From positions 736,001 through 800,000 of the forward strand of contig CAVWFS010000007.1 of NCBI GenBank assembly GCA_963754315.1: a DNA stretch of 64,000 nt, given 5' to 3'. A program made the position numbers and the translations under genes. The notes below the pieces were generated by a model. It was not told where the DNA came from and ran no database searches. It worked only from the letters and a program-made list of their open reading frames with translations. This document shows positions 31,472 through 42,800 of this stretch, piece by piece. The DNA is from an uncultured Candidatus Rokubacteria bacterium (lineage in GTDB: Bacteria; Methylomirabilota; Methylomirabilia; Rokubacteriales; CSP1-6). Position 1 is the stretch's first letter. Every line of letters begins with the position of its first letter.

Positions 31472-32523
31472 ATGAGCCGACAATGCAGACGCGGGGTACG
31501 CTGGGCGTGGGTTCTCACAATGCTGGTCGCCTTTATCTGGGCGATGCCGGCGTCGGCCCAAGATCCGGGCAGTGGGGTGCCGGCGGCCGCCCCCACCGAT
31601 GACGAATGGTCGTACGTCATCACACCTCAGGTGTGGATCAGCCACATCCTGAAGAATGGATTTTCCTCCCCTAATACAATCGCGGGACTTAATTGCGGGG
31701 GCCCGACCGCGAAACTGTTTCAAGGTCGATTCGAGTCCATATGATGCCCTGAACCCCCAGTGGGGTCTCCAGTTTGCGGCCCAGAAGGGTCGCTTCAGCT
31801 TGGCGGCCGCTGTCCAGTACGTGACCTTCGAAACCCGAAATGACTACATCTACGCTCCGGCAGATGGCCTCACCACGAACCCAGGACTCGCTCTTCGGTC
31901 CTCTCACCATCAGCCCGGGGCAGGAGTTCGCCCAAGAGTTCGTCAACACGACACGCATGGATGTCGACCTCTCCGCCAGTTACTTCTTCCCCGACGTAAT
32001 CCAGAACCGCCTCGATTTGTCCCTCGGCGGTGGTTTCAAATTCATCTACGCGAATGCCTCGCGACAGTTTGCCAATCTGAGCCAGATCGCCGCGACGTTC
32101 AACTCTTTCGAACCGCCGGGCCTCTACCTCGTCTGCCGGCAAGACGACTGCTCAGATTTCACCTTCAAGGACCGCGTCAAGGAATACTCATACATCTTCG
32201 GTGCGACTCTTCCCATGAGCGCTGTCCTGCGTCTGACCGATGATGGGAGGTTGTTGTTACCGTTGAGCCTTACCCCGTTGATCGGCGCCGAGGTTCGAAA
32301 TGACGAGAATGTTGTATACGCGTTCAACAGTGACGGCACTGTCAAACGTCTTGACGGGACGACGTTCGCGTTCGGGTTTACGGCTGACGCTACCATCCGC
32401 TGGCTCATCAACGAGACGTTCTCGGCCTACGCCGGTATGCGCGTGCAGTTCATCGAGGGGTTCAACCAATACCTCGCCTTCGGTGGCCTCGTGGGCATGT
32501 CCGTCCGCTTCGGAGGGAAGTGA
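31472..32523 (+). CDS. Putative outer-membrane beta-barrel protein, copy A; frameshifts near 31690 and 31880
   Basis: Signal peptide ending ASA; amphipathic strands (WSYVITPQVWISH, QWGLQFAAQKG); C-terminus LAFGGLVGMSVRFGGK. Confidence 0.72.
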
Positions 32524-32613
32524 CCCGGCTGCGGTAGCTTGTGGTCGGGAATGAAACCACGGACGAGCCTTCCAGGTGCCCATAGTTCCCGCCACGATCA
32601 AGGGAAGGACATC

Positions 32614-33672
32614 ATGAGCAGACGACCGCGGCTTAGCGTCGGCTGGATTGTGGCGGCTCTCGTCATCTGCAGCTTCTTCACGCCAGCTCGGGCCCAAGAT
32701 CCGGGCAGCGGAGTACCAGCGGCCATCGCGGAGGGTGACGATTGGTCATTCGTCATCACCCCTCAGGTCTGGATCAGTCACATCCTGAAGAACGGCTTCG
32801 GCGCGGCAGGAACCGTCGCCCCGGGTGGTACCTTTATAGATTGCGGTGGCGGCCCGGGAAGTTGCGGCCGCATCGAGCAGACCCCGTACGATGCCTTAAA
32901 CCCCCAGTGGGGTGTTCAGTTTGCCGCCCAGAAGGGCCGATTGAGTCTGGCGGCGGCTGTCCAGTACGTGACCTTCGAGACACGCAATGATTACATCTAT
33001 GATCCGGAAGATGGTTTCACGCGAGCATTCCCGTTGATCACCGGTGGCGTCACTACCATAAGTCCGGGCGAGCAGTTCGCGCAGGAGTTCGTGTATACCA
33101 CGCGTGTGGATATGGACCTCTCGGCCAGCTACTTCTTTCCCGACGTCGTGAAGGATCGTCTGGATTTCTCCATCGGCGGCGGCTTCAAGTTCATCTACGC
33201 CAACGCCTCTCGGCAATTCGCCAATATGAGCCAGCTTGCCGCCGGCATCAACGCCCTGGTACCATCCGGGCTCTACCTCATCTGCAAGCAAGACGACTGC
33301 TCGGACTTCAACTTCAAGGACCGGGTCAAGGAGTACTCCTACATCTTCGGCGTGACGATGCCGCTAAGCGCGGTCTGGCGACTCACCGATGACGCGAGGT
33401 GGTTGTTGCCGGTGAGCCTCACCCCCCTGCTCGGTGCCGAAATCCGGAATGATGAGAACGTTGTCTATGCGTTCAACAACAATGGTACCGTCAAGCGTCT
33501 TGATGGAACGAAGTTCGCATTTGGCTTTACCGCCGACGCCACCCTGCGGTGGCTCATCAATGAGACCTTCTCGGCCTATGCGGGGATGCGCGTGCAGTTC
33601 ATCGAGGGGTTCAACCAATATCTCGCCTTCGGTGGCCTCGTGGGTATGTCAGTTCGCTTTGGCGGGAAGTGA
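32614..33672 (+). CDS. Putative outer-membrane beta-barrel protein, copy B (intact paralog of copy A)
   Basis: Signal peptide ending ARA; very similar strands and identical C-terminal strands to copy A. Confidence 0.78.
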   Translation: MSRRPRLSVGWIVAALVICSFFTPARAQDPGSGVPAAIAEGDDWSFVITPQVWISHILKNGFGAAGTVAPGGTFIDCGGGPGSCGRIEQTPYDALNPQWGVQFAAQKGRLSLAAAVQYVTFETRNDYIYDPEDGFTRAFPLITGGVTTISPGEQFAQEFVYTTRVDMDLSASYFFPDVVKDRLDFSIGGGFKFIYANASRQFANMSQLAAGINALVPSGLYLICKQDDCSDFNFKDRVKEYSYIFGVTMPLSAVWRLTDDARWLLPVSLTPLLGAEIRNDENVVYAFNNNGTVKRLDGTKFAFGFTADATLRWLINETFSAYAGMRVQFIEGFNQYLAFGGLVGMSVRFGGK

Positions 33673-34064
33673 GCTGGCGTCGCGTGATGGGCATTCGTTG
33701 TAGCCGGCCCCGGCGAATCATCCAGCATGTGATCCGTGCCACTGTGGCCGGCGTGGCGCTCACCATAGTGTCAACAGGGTCGACCGATGCGACAGAGTCC
33801 GACTTATCCACCGGCCTTGCCTACCTGCGAGCCGGCGCCCAGAGCCAAGCCGGGGAGTACCTCGCTAGATATCGCGACTCGAGTCGAGATCCCGCGGTCC
33901 GTGAGCGCATCTCACGCGTCCTCCCGCTCCTGAAACAGCCCCTCCCGAAAGACGTGCGCGATTACCTGGCCATGACCATCGAAGAGGGCGTCGCCGGGAG
34001 AGAACTACGGACGTCATGGGTCAGGCCACCCTACTGGTTTAGGAGTTTCCCCGTCTTTCCTTAG
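33669..34064 (+). CDS. Small hypothetical exported helical protein (start uncertain)
   Basis: GTGA overlap with barrel B; hydrophobic N-terminal segment; TPR-like DLSTGLAYLRAG..SQAGEYLARY. Confidence 0.55.
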   Translation: MSWRRVMGIRCSRPRRIIQHVIRATVAGVALTIVSTGSTDATESDLSTGLAYLRAGAQSQAGEYLARYRDSSRDPAVRERISRVLPLLKQPLPKDVRDYLAMTIEEGVAGRELRTSWVRPPYWFRSFPVFP

Positions 34065-34083
34065 TACGCTTCCGGAAGTACCC

Positions 34084-35910
34084 CTACGGAGCGAAGGTCG
34101 CCATCCGCGAGCCGATCACCAGCAGATCCATGGGGTCGATCCTACCGTCGCCCAGCGCCCCGGTCGGCGTGAACACCACAAAGAATGTGTAGGGGCCCGC
34201 TGGCTCCGGGCCTCCCCATCGGTAGGTGAAGAAATCCTGTCCTCCGCCGAAGAAATTCGAGAGTCGCGTCGCGGGCAGCGTACCCGGTAGGCTAAAGTCT
34301 CGGCGCAGCGGCTGGAAGCGCTCAGGCGCCGCTGAGAGGCAGGTCAGCTGCAGTCCTGCAAACTCCGCGGTGACGAAGACCACCGCATCCCTCTTGGGAC
34401 AACCAAGCCCAGGGCCCGCTTCCGCCGGAAGCACTGCCCCCAAGAACACGTCAACGGTCCGAGCGGGCCCGGGGTTGGCCACGGTCACGTCGAGCCTCAG
34501 CTGCTGGTTCATCGCGAAAGTGGGAGCATTCGCCGCCACCAGCACGCTCAGAGGAGTCGCGGGGCCGGAATTCACCGTGAAGGAACGGGACGCGGGGCTG
34601 GGGTCTTCGATTCCCGCCTGATCGCGCGCCTTGACCAGGAACGTATAGGCACCGTCGGCGAGATCGTTAAACGTCGTGCTGGTCGCGCTGCCGAACGACC
34701 CGAAGTTGGCTTCGATCGGGTCGAGCCGGAATGCGTAGACCAGATTCCCCGATGGCGTGGCATTATCAGACCCCGCCCACGCGAAGCTCGCGTCGCGGGA
34801 ACTGACGATGCCCGTCGGACCCGACACGACACTCGTCTCGGGCGGGCTGCCATCCGGCACATTCACGCTGAAGGAGACCGTCCGCGACGACACCTTACCA
34901 CCCGGGTCGCGGGCCTGAACCTCGAACGTGTAGTCGCCACCCCCCAGACCCGTATAGCTCTTGCTCGTGGCGGTTCCTGCGTCCGCGAAGTCGGCTTCGA
35001 ATGGCGTGAGCCGAGCCGCGAATTGGATGCAATTCAACGGAGTGACCTCATTGCCTTTGCCCGTCCAGGCAAAGTTGACGTCCCGGGTGGTGATGACGCC
35101 GGTCGGTCCGGTAAGAGTATCCACCTGAGGTGCGGGCCTGTCAGCCGGAACCTCCACTCTGAAGCCAGTGAAGCTTGCATTACTCTCGTTCCCGGCCGCG
35201 TCCCTGGCCTTCACGAAGAGCGTATAGCTCCCATCGTCCAGGCATTGGTAACTCACGCCATTTTCACCCGGGTTGCGGAATCCGGAGAACTCAGCCTCAT
35301 CGGGCGCCAGCCGGGTTGCGTAGGCCAGATCACTCGTATCGTCTTCCCCGGTGGCTTGCCAGCCAAAGGGCACCGGAGCATACGTCGTCACCGGCGAAGG
35401 GCGCGGGTCGGCGAGCTCGTCACACGCATCCCCCACGCCCTCCACGAGACCAGGACCGGTCACGAAGCAAACCTTTCCCGGTGGGGTGGTGTCAGGGACC
35501 TCCGTCACGACAAGGATGGCATTTCCAATCGTGGATGCCTGGCTGCACTCGCCGACCGGAGACGCGCACAGTCGCACAACCACCTCGTATCGACCGGCGG
35601 GCAGCGGCGAAAGCTCCACCGAGAAGTTCCACGCCGTCAAGACCGGCAGGCACACCACCCCCCCACTGCGCGTGTCGATGGTGATCTCTTTCGCATCAAT
35701 ATCAACACTCTCCTGCGGCGATCGTGGCACGCACGAAGTATTGGCCATACCGGAGACCTGTACTTCGATCGCGTCCGCGGTGGTGGGACTCTTGGGGTCA
35801 AAGTCAATATTGACCTGTTGTGCCTCGGCCGCGAAGGTCGACCCAAGAATAAGCACGAACCCCAAGGCGACGATGATCCATCGTGAATGGACTCGAGCCT
35901 GTCTCCGCAT
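34084..35910 (-). CDS. Secreted protein with tandem Ig/FN3-like modules and a conserved C-terminal domain
   Basis: Signal peptide ending AEA; three modules F.W.G...Y..RL.P.EA.F...Y..L.DG.YT..VKARD.AG; C-terminal domain ending MATFAP. Confidence 0.8.
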   Translation of the reverse strand: MRRQARVHSRWIIVALGFVLILGSTFAAEAQQVNIDFDPKSPTTADAIEVQVSGMANTSCVPRSPQESVDIDAKEITIDTRSGGVVCLPVLTAWNFSVELSPLPAGRYEVVVRLCASPVGECSQASTIGNAILVVTEVPDTTPPGKVCFVTGPGLVEGVGDACDELADPRPSPVTTYAPVPFGWQATGEDDTSDLAYATRLAPDEAEFSGFRNPGENGVSYQCLDDGSYTLFVKARDAAGNESNASFTGFRVEVPADRPAPQVDTLTGPTGVITTRDVNFAWTGKGNEVTPLNCIQFAARLTPFEADFADAGTATSKSYTGLGGGDYTFEVQARDPGGKVSSRTVSFSVNVPDGSPPETSVVSGPTGIVSSRDASFAWAGSDNATPSGNLVYAFRLDPIEANFGSFGSATSTTFNDLADGAYTFLVKARDQAGIEDPSPASRSFTVNSGPATPLSVLVAANAPTFAMNQQLRLDVTVANPGPARTVDVFLGAVLPAEAGPGLGCPKRDAVVFVTAEFAGLQLTCLSAAPERFQPLRRDFSLPGTLPATRLSNFFGGGQDFFTYRWGGPEPAGPYTFFVVFTPTGALGDGRIDPMDLLVIGSRMATFAP

Positions 35911-36034
35911 CCGTCCGCCTCCTCACCGCCGTTCAATTCCACAATCGTCGACAACTGCTCTTTGGGTACTCTGCGGTCGTCGCGAGCGCAGACCGCGGCC
36001 CGTCGACGTCGATTAGAGTACCACCAAGGTCCTC

Positions 36035-36544
36035 CTACGGAGCGAAGGTGAGCATCCGGGAGCCGATCGTCAGGAGATCATCCGGGTCGATCCTGCCGTC
36101 GCCTAGCGCGCCGGTCGGGGTCATCACGACAAAGAACGTGTAGCGACCCGCCGGTTCCGTTCCGCCCCACCGGTACGTGAAGAAATCCGCGAGTCGGGTC
36201 GATGCCAACGCCCCTGGTAAGCCCACGTCGCGGTGCAGCGGCTGGAAGCGCTCCGGCGCCGCCGAGAGACAGGTTAGCTGCGTTCCTGCAAACTCCGCCG
36301 TCACGAAGACCACCGCATCCCCGTTGGGACATCCAAGCCCGGGGCCCGCTTCCGCCGGCAGGATACAGGGACTGTTCGCGACACCGGAGACTTCGATTGA
36401 GATGAGTTCGCTGTTGGTGGGGTCGCCGGGACTAATATCGATACTGACTTGCTGTGCCTCGGCCGCGATCGCACGCGCGAGAAGAAGCACGATGCCTACT
36501 GCGATGGCAATCCACTGTGAACAGTGCCGATCGGGTCCCCGCAC
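36035..36544 (-). CDS. Short paralog of 34084-35910: signal peptide plus ~30 aa fused in frame to the shared C-terminal domain
   Basis: AAEAQQVSID..IEVSGVANSPC joined to LPAEAGPGLGCP.GDAVVFVTAEFAG...GSRMLTFAP; upstream DNA also resembles that of the paralog. Confidence 0.75.
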   Translation of the reverse strand: MRGPDRHCSQWIAIAVGIVLLLARAIAAEAQQVSIDISPGDPTNSELISIEVSGVANSPCILPAEAGPGLGCPNGDAVVFVTAEFAGTQLTCLSAAPERFQPLHRDVGLPGALASTRLADFFTYRWGGTEPAGRYTFFVVMTPTGALGDGRIDPDDLLTIGSRMLTFAP

Positions 36545-36833
36545 AGGTCCGCCTCCTCACGAAATTCAGGCCCACACATCGTGGCCGACTACCGCTCTGG
36601 GGTGCTTGTTCGTCGCGCGGCCATAAACTGCGGCAATGAACTGTGACGAGAATACGTTCGTGTGTCAAGCGATTGGCGCGGCCCTCGATTGCGAATCGCA
36701 TTGATCGCCCGAGAGCGGCCACGGCTGAGAATCTACGACGAGACCAATCTGACTACATTAGGGGCGTCAATGTCTGTTATTGAGTCACCGAAGCCTCTTC
36801 CACGACAATGCGGCCCGGGCCACGAGGCGGAGG

Positions 36834-39800
36834 CTAGAACGAAGGCGGCATTGGTCGGCGGGGCGGCGCGGCGGGGGCGCTCGGCGGAGGAGGTGGTGCC
36901 GACGGGGGCAAAGGCTCCAGGGAGATCTGTACCTCGGACCGTCTGTCCTGAACGATCTCGACCTGGCCTGACCATTCCTTATAGCCGCTGAGTCGCGCCC
37001 GGACTGGATACGTCCCCACCGGAAGGGAGCGCACCTCGTTCCCTTCCCTGCGGGCCTCGAAGCTCACATCGCCTACCGATACCGCGGCGCCCGCGACGTT
37101 GCTCCTGACGAGCACGCTGCCTGTGCGGGCCACCGGCGGCGCTGGGGGTGGAGCGGCGGGTGGTGACGGTGGCGGAGGCTTTTGGGGAGCGACCGCCGCC
37201 CTGCCATAGAGGTCGCCTGCCGCGCGGAAGGCGGCGATCGATTCCTTGAAGGCCAGCCGGTCGTAAAATTGACTGGCTTGACGCTCCTGCTCGACTGCCG
37301 AGCCGTAGTCGGTGCTGTCTGAGCGGGCGCCCTGCTTGGCCGCCAGCATACCCGCCTTCGCCTGATCCGCCTGGGTGCGGAGCTCGCGCTGGCCCTGGGC
37401 GATGCGGACCGCATCGGAGTAGCGTTGCGCCGCGTCCAGGAATCCCTGACGCGCCGCGGGAAGATTGTCCTGGGTAGCCAGCGCTTCGGCCTCGCGTTCC
37501 TTCGCACGGCCTCCCTGCAAAGGCTCGCGGGCAAGCTTGTCTGCCTCGAGCCCCACGGCCTGCTTTTCCAAGGCATTGGCTCGGTCGCGGGCCTGGCCCA
37601 TCTCAGCCTTCAGGGCGTCGCGCAGTCGGGCGCGCTCGCGCCGCGCCGCATCGGCGGCCGCGCTATAGTCCGTGCGGGATGCCTGGAAGGAGTCCCGCGC
37701 GACGCGGAAATCCTGGCGAATCAGCGCGGCCTCCCCATCCTTCTCACGCTGCTGGGCGCGCGCCAGCACCTGCGCCGCGTAGGTCTGCGCCTCTTGGGCC
37801 AGGGCATCGCCCCGGGCGCCGGCTACTGCTGTGCGCGCCTGCTCAGCCGCCTGGCGCTCGCCTTTGAGCTTGGCCGTTTGGGCCGCGGCAGTGTCATAGT
37901 CTTTCCGAGCCGCCAGGAACGCCTCCTTGGCGTTCGCATAATCCTGGCGCGTGAACGCCGCCTCGCCGTCCTTCTCACGCTGCTGCCCCTGCGCGAGCGT
38001 CTGCGGGGCATAGGTCTGAGCTTCCTGCGTCAGCGCTCCCGCACGGGCGCCGCCGGCGGCCGTGCGGGCCTGCTCGGCGTCCTGGCGCTCCTCTTTGAGC
38101 TTGGCCGACCGGGCCGCCGCGGCCGCGGCCGCAGTGTCATAGTCCTTCCGGGCTTCCAGGAAAGCCTGCTTGGCGTTGGCGAAGTCGCCGCGCGTGAGGG
38201 CTGCGTCACCCTCCTTCTCACGCTGCTGGGCTTGCGCCACTCCCTGCGCCGCGTAGGTCTGGGCGCCCTGAGCCACGGCATTGGCCCGCGCTGCGACCGC
38301 CGCCGTGCGGGCCTGTTCGGCCTCCTCGAGTCCCGCCCTGAGCTTGGCAGTTCGTGCCGCCTCGTCGGCGGTAGCTTTTCCGCGCGCCTCCTTCTCGGCG
38401 TCCTGAAACGCGGCGGTGGCGTCTCGATAGAGGCTGCTGGCCTTGTCGTAGTCGGCGCGATCTCGCGCGGTGCCGGCTGCTTGCTCGGCGTTGGTGGCCT
38501 TCGCCCACTTGTCCGTCGCAAGCTTCGACGCCTGGGCGATGTCTGCGGCGCGATGGGCGGCGGCAGCCTGATCCTGAAGCTGGCGGGTCTCCTCCTGCTT
38601 CCGCGTTACTTCCCGCGTGAGGGCCCGTGCCTCGTTGGCAGCGGCCACGTAGCCGTCGAGCGCCTCCCGATACGAAGCTTGAGCGTCACCGAACTTTCCC
38701 TGGGCAAGCGCCGCCGCTGCCGCCCGCTCCTTGTTCGCAGCGGCCGACCAGGGTTTGGGGACGAGGCGTTCGCTCTCCGCCTTGACCGCATCATCTCGGG
38801 CCGCCGTGACTTGCTTCTTGAGCTCGTCCACGTCCCTCTTGGGGTCGCTGGGTTGCTCGCGCTCTTGGCCCGACGGCGCGGGCTTCGCGCCCGGCACTGC
38901 GACATCTCGAGCGGTCTGAGCTGGGGGTGGAGGCTGTGCGGTCTCACGCTCGGGAGTTGAGAGAAACCCCCGAAGGGCGAGCACAAGCGCGACCAGGACC
39001 ACGACAACGCCAGCGCCCGCGCCAACGACGAGGCGTCGGCGGCTGGCTGTCCAGGTCGGCGATACCCGCGCACCGACATCTTCCGCTTCGCGTGGGATAG
39101 AACCGGCCGACCGAGGGCTTCTACGCTCGGAGGGGCAGAGACAACCGCCGGCGGCTGCTCGGTAACCGTCGCATCGCGAGGAAGAGCAGGAGCTTCCGTC
39201 GCCGACACCTGGGGCACCTGCGCCCGCTCGCGGTCAGCCAGAGCTCGCCGCGCGGCCTCCTCCGCCCGGCGGTACGCCTCCGTCGCGCGTGTGAAGATTT
39301 GCGCCGCCTGCGCGTATTTCCCCTGTACCAGCAGGGCTTCGGCTTCTGCCGCTTGCCCCTCGGCCGTGCTCCACGCGACGGGCGCGTGCTCTTCGGGGTG
39401 GCTCTCTGCCGTGGCCGCCCGACGGCGAGCCGCGACCTGTCGAGCCTGCTCCGCGCGCTCGCGCTCGCGCCGTTCGTCCTGCTGGCGCACGGTGTCCCGG
39501 GCCGCGCCCTCTGCCCGCTGATAGAGGTCGAGGGCTGCCTCAAAGGTTTGCGCCGCGACCGAATACTCCTCACGCCCGAACGCCTCGCTGCCGGCGGCGG
39601 ACCTCGCCTCGGCCGCGCTCCACAGATCCGTCGTCCGCCGGGGGGCATCAGTCTGTGCCGCCGCGGCCCGAGCCGAGGCCATGCGGTCTCGCGAGCGGCC
39701 AGCCGCGTCTCGGCCGTGACGGAGCGCCTCCTGGTGGGCCGTGGCGAGCACTGCGGCCTCTGCCTGACGGAACAGGGTGGTCGCTTCGTCGAAGGCTCGC

Positions 39801-42800
39801 ACCGCCTCGGGAAACTGCCCTGCCTGGAACGCGGTCGCTCCCGCCGCGACCCGCGTCTCCCCGCGCCGCCATGCTTCCTCCGCGCCACGGAGGGTCTCCG
39901 CCCCGGTGGCGGCCGCACGGGCCTGCTGCATTCGCTCGCGCGCAAGTTCAGCCGCCTCGCGCTGACGCTGTTGCTCAGCCCGCTGGACGGCCTCACGTCC
40001 TTCACGCTCGGCCTGCTGGTACAGAGCGCTCGCGGCTTCGAAGAGGGCGGCCGCGTCGCCATAGCGGCCGGCAGCAGACGCTGTTTCGGCCTCGGCAGCC
40101 TTGACCTCGGCCTCGCCCCAGGACGGAACGGCATTCTGGGCGGCGGATTGCTCTGCCGCCGCCGCCCGCAGGGGCGCCATCAGCTCACGGGCCTGCGCTG
40201 CTCGCTCCCGCTCGTGCGTAACGGTCTCGCTCGCCGCTCGTTCGGAATCCTGGAAGAGCGGGAGAGCGGCTTCGAATGCCGCGCTCGCCTCGAGATACTC
40301 TCCTCGCTCGAAGAGCTGCCTCGCCTTCCGCCGCCCGAGCCTCGGCCGCTGCCCAGCGAGCGGTAGCGTGTTGCGCCGCATCGACGCTCTGCGCCGCTTC
40401 CCGCCCTGGCCTCATACGGGCGCGGGCAGCCTCGGCCCCTTCACGCTCCCGGCCGAGCAGCTCTCGGGCTGCCGCCTCGGCGACGGCATAGGCGCCGGCC
40501 GCCGCCTCAAAGAACTGCTTCGCCTGCGCACGGTTGCCTTGCGCCAGGGCCGCGTCTGCCTCGCCAAGCTTGGCCTCGGCTTCTCCCCAGCGGCTCCCCG
40601 CGCGCTTGGCGGCATTCGGGACGATCGCCGCCTCGCGAGCTTGCCGGGCAGACTCTTGCGCCAGCCCGACCTCGCGTTGCTCGCGTTCCCCCTCCTCGCG
40701 TCGTGTGGCCTCGCGGGCGGCATCAACAGCTTGGCGAGATAGGACGATCGCTTGATCGAACAACTCGGTGGCGCGCGCGTACGCTCGCTGCCCGAAGGCT
40801 GTTTGCCCATCCTCGAACTTCCGATCCGCTTCCGCCCACACCGCCGGAGCACGCTCGCGGGCACCGACCGCTTCTGCCGCCTCCCGCCGGCGAAGCAGCC
40901 GCTGACGGGTACGCTCGGCCTCGCGCCGCTCCTGCTCCGCCTGTTCACGACGCGCCGCTTCCCGCGCCCCCTCCTCGGCGCTGTGGTACAGCGCTCGGGC
41001 CTCGCCGAATGCCACCGCGGCCTGTCCGAAGGCTTCCTGCTCGAAGGCCGTCTTCGCGGCGGTCGCCTTCGCTTCGGCCGCCAGCCATTGTGATTCGGCA
41101 CGCCGGGGGGCCTCCACCTCCTCCGCCAAGCTGCGGCCCTCGGCCGCCAGCGCGCGCGCCTCTTCAGCTCGCACGCGCTGGCGCCGCAGTTCCTCCTGGT
41201 GGGTGGCTTCCTCGGCCGCGAGAGCTGCCGCCACCGCCCGACGCACCTCGGTGACCTCCGCGACCAAGCCGACCGCTGCCGCCTGCTCGTCGAGCCCCTC
41301 CATGCGCGCGAGGCATTCGGCATAGGCACCACGCGCGAAGAAGACCTCGGCGTCGTCAAGGCGCCCTCGAACCTCGGCGCTGAGTCTGGTGGCCTCGGCC
41401 TGGCGACGGGCCTCCTCCTGGCGAGCCGCCTCGCGGATCGCAGCGTCGGCGAGACGGAACAACGCGGTCGCCTCGTCGAACGCCTGCGTGGCGGCGGAAT
41501 ACTGCTCCTCCTGGAACGCTCTCGCCGCTGCTGTGGCCTGGGATTCGGCGCGCTGCCAAACTTCTCGTGCGTTCGGAACAGCTTCTGCTCCGGCGGCGGC
41601 GGCCCGCGCTTGCCGCATCAATTCAGCAGCCCGTTCGACCGCCTCCCGGCGCTGCTGCAGCTCGGCGTTCAGGAGAGCCTCGCGCCCCTCCCGCTCGGCT
41701 TGTGCGTAGAGAGCGGCCGCGCCCTCGAACAGCGCGCTCGCCTCGTTGTACTGTGCCTCGCCGAACGCGCTCTCGGCCTCTGCCGCCTTCGCCTCGGCCT
41801 GACCCCATAGCGAAGGGGCATGCTGGGCGGCCAGCTGCTCGACCGCGGCGGCTCGCCTTGGAGCCATGTCGACGCGCGCCTGCTCGGCACGTGCTCGTTC
41901 CTGACGGATTGCCTCCCGTGCGGTCCCTTCGGCGTCACGGAAGAGCTCGACGGCGGCCTCGAAGGCCTGCGCCGCCTCCCGATAGCGCTCACGCGCGACC
42001 CACGTTTCTGCTTCGCTGGCCTTGGCTTCGGCCGCTGCCCACTGCGCGCCTGCGCGCTGCGGGCCGGCGACGGCATGAGCGGCCTCACGTCCACGCACCA
42101 TGCTGGCGCGCATCGCCTCCGACTGCTCGCGCTCCCGGCCGAGCACCTGCATTGCTGACTGTTCGGCAGCCGCGAACGCCCCGACCGCCGCCCCGAAGAG
42201 CTGCTTGGCCCGCGCGTAGCTTGCCTGCCCGAGCGCGGCTTCGGCTTCGCCGAGCCGCGTCTCGGCTTCGCCCCAGCGCCCCGCTGCGCGTTCGGCCGCA
42301 TTGGGCACGGTCGCCTTCACCCTGGCCTGGTGGGCTGCTTCTTGCGCGAGCCTGGCTTCCCGCTCCTCTCGCGCCACCTCTTCGCGGCGCATGCTCTCGC
42401 GAGCCATGTCGGTGGCCTGGCGACACACGGTGACTGCCTGATCGAATAGCTCGGCCGCGCGCGAGTAGGCTCCTTGCTCGAAAGCGGTTCGGCCGTCCTC
42501 GGACTTGCGCTCCGCCTCACCCCACAGCGCTTGCGCCCGCTCTCGCGCCCCCACGGCATCGGCCGCCTCACGGCTGCGTAACCAGCGCTGGCGAATGCGC
42601 TCCGCCTCTCGGCGCTGGCCCTCGAGCTGATCACGACGCACGGCCTCCCGCGCCTCCTCTTCGGCGCGGTGGTAGAGGGCCGTTGCCTCGTCGTACGCTT
42701 CCGAGGCTCGCGTGTAGGCTTCCTGGTCAAAGGCGGTCCCGGCCTCCGCCGCTTTCGCCTCGGCCGCCAGCCACTGCGCTTCCGCCCGGCGGAACGCCTC

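Noticed and set aside
29182..36544. Canonical T9SS or autotransporter
   Set aside because: No Por/Gld genes in the window, and the barrels are separate genes without visible POTRA domains.
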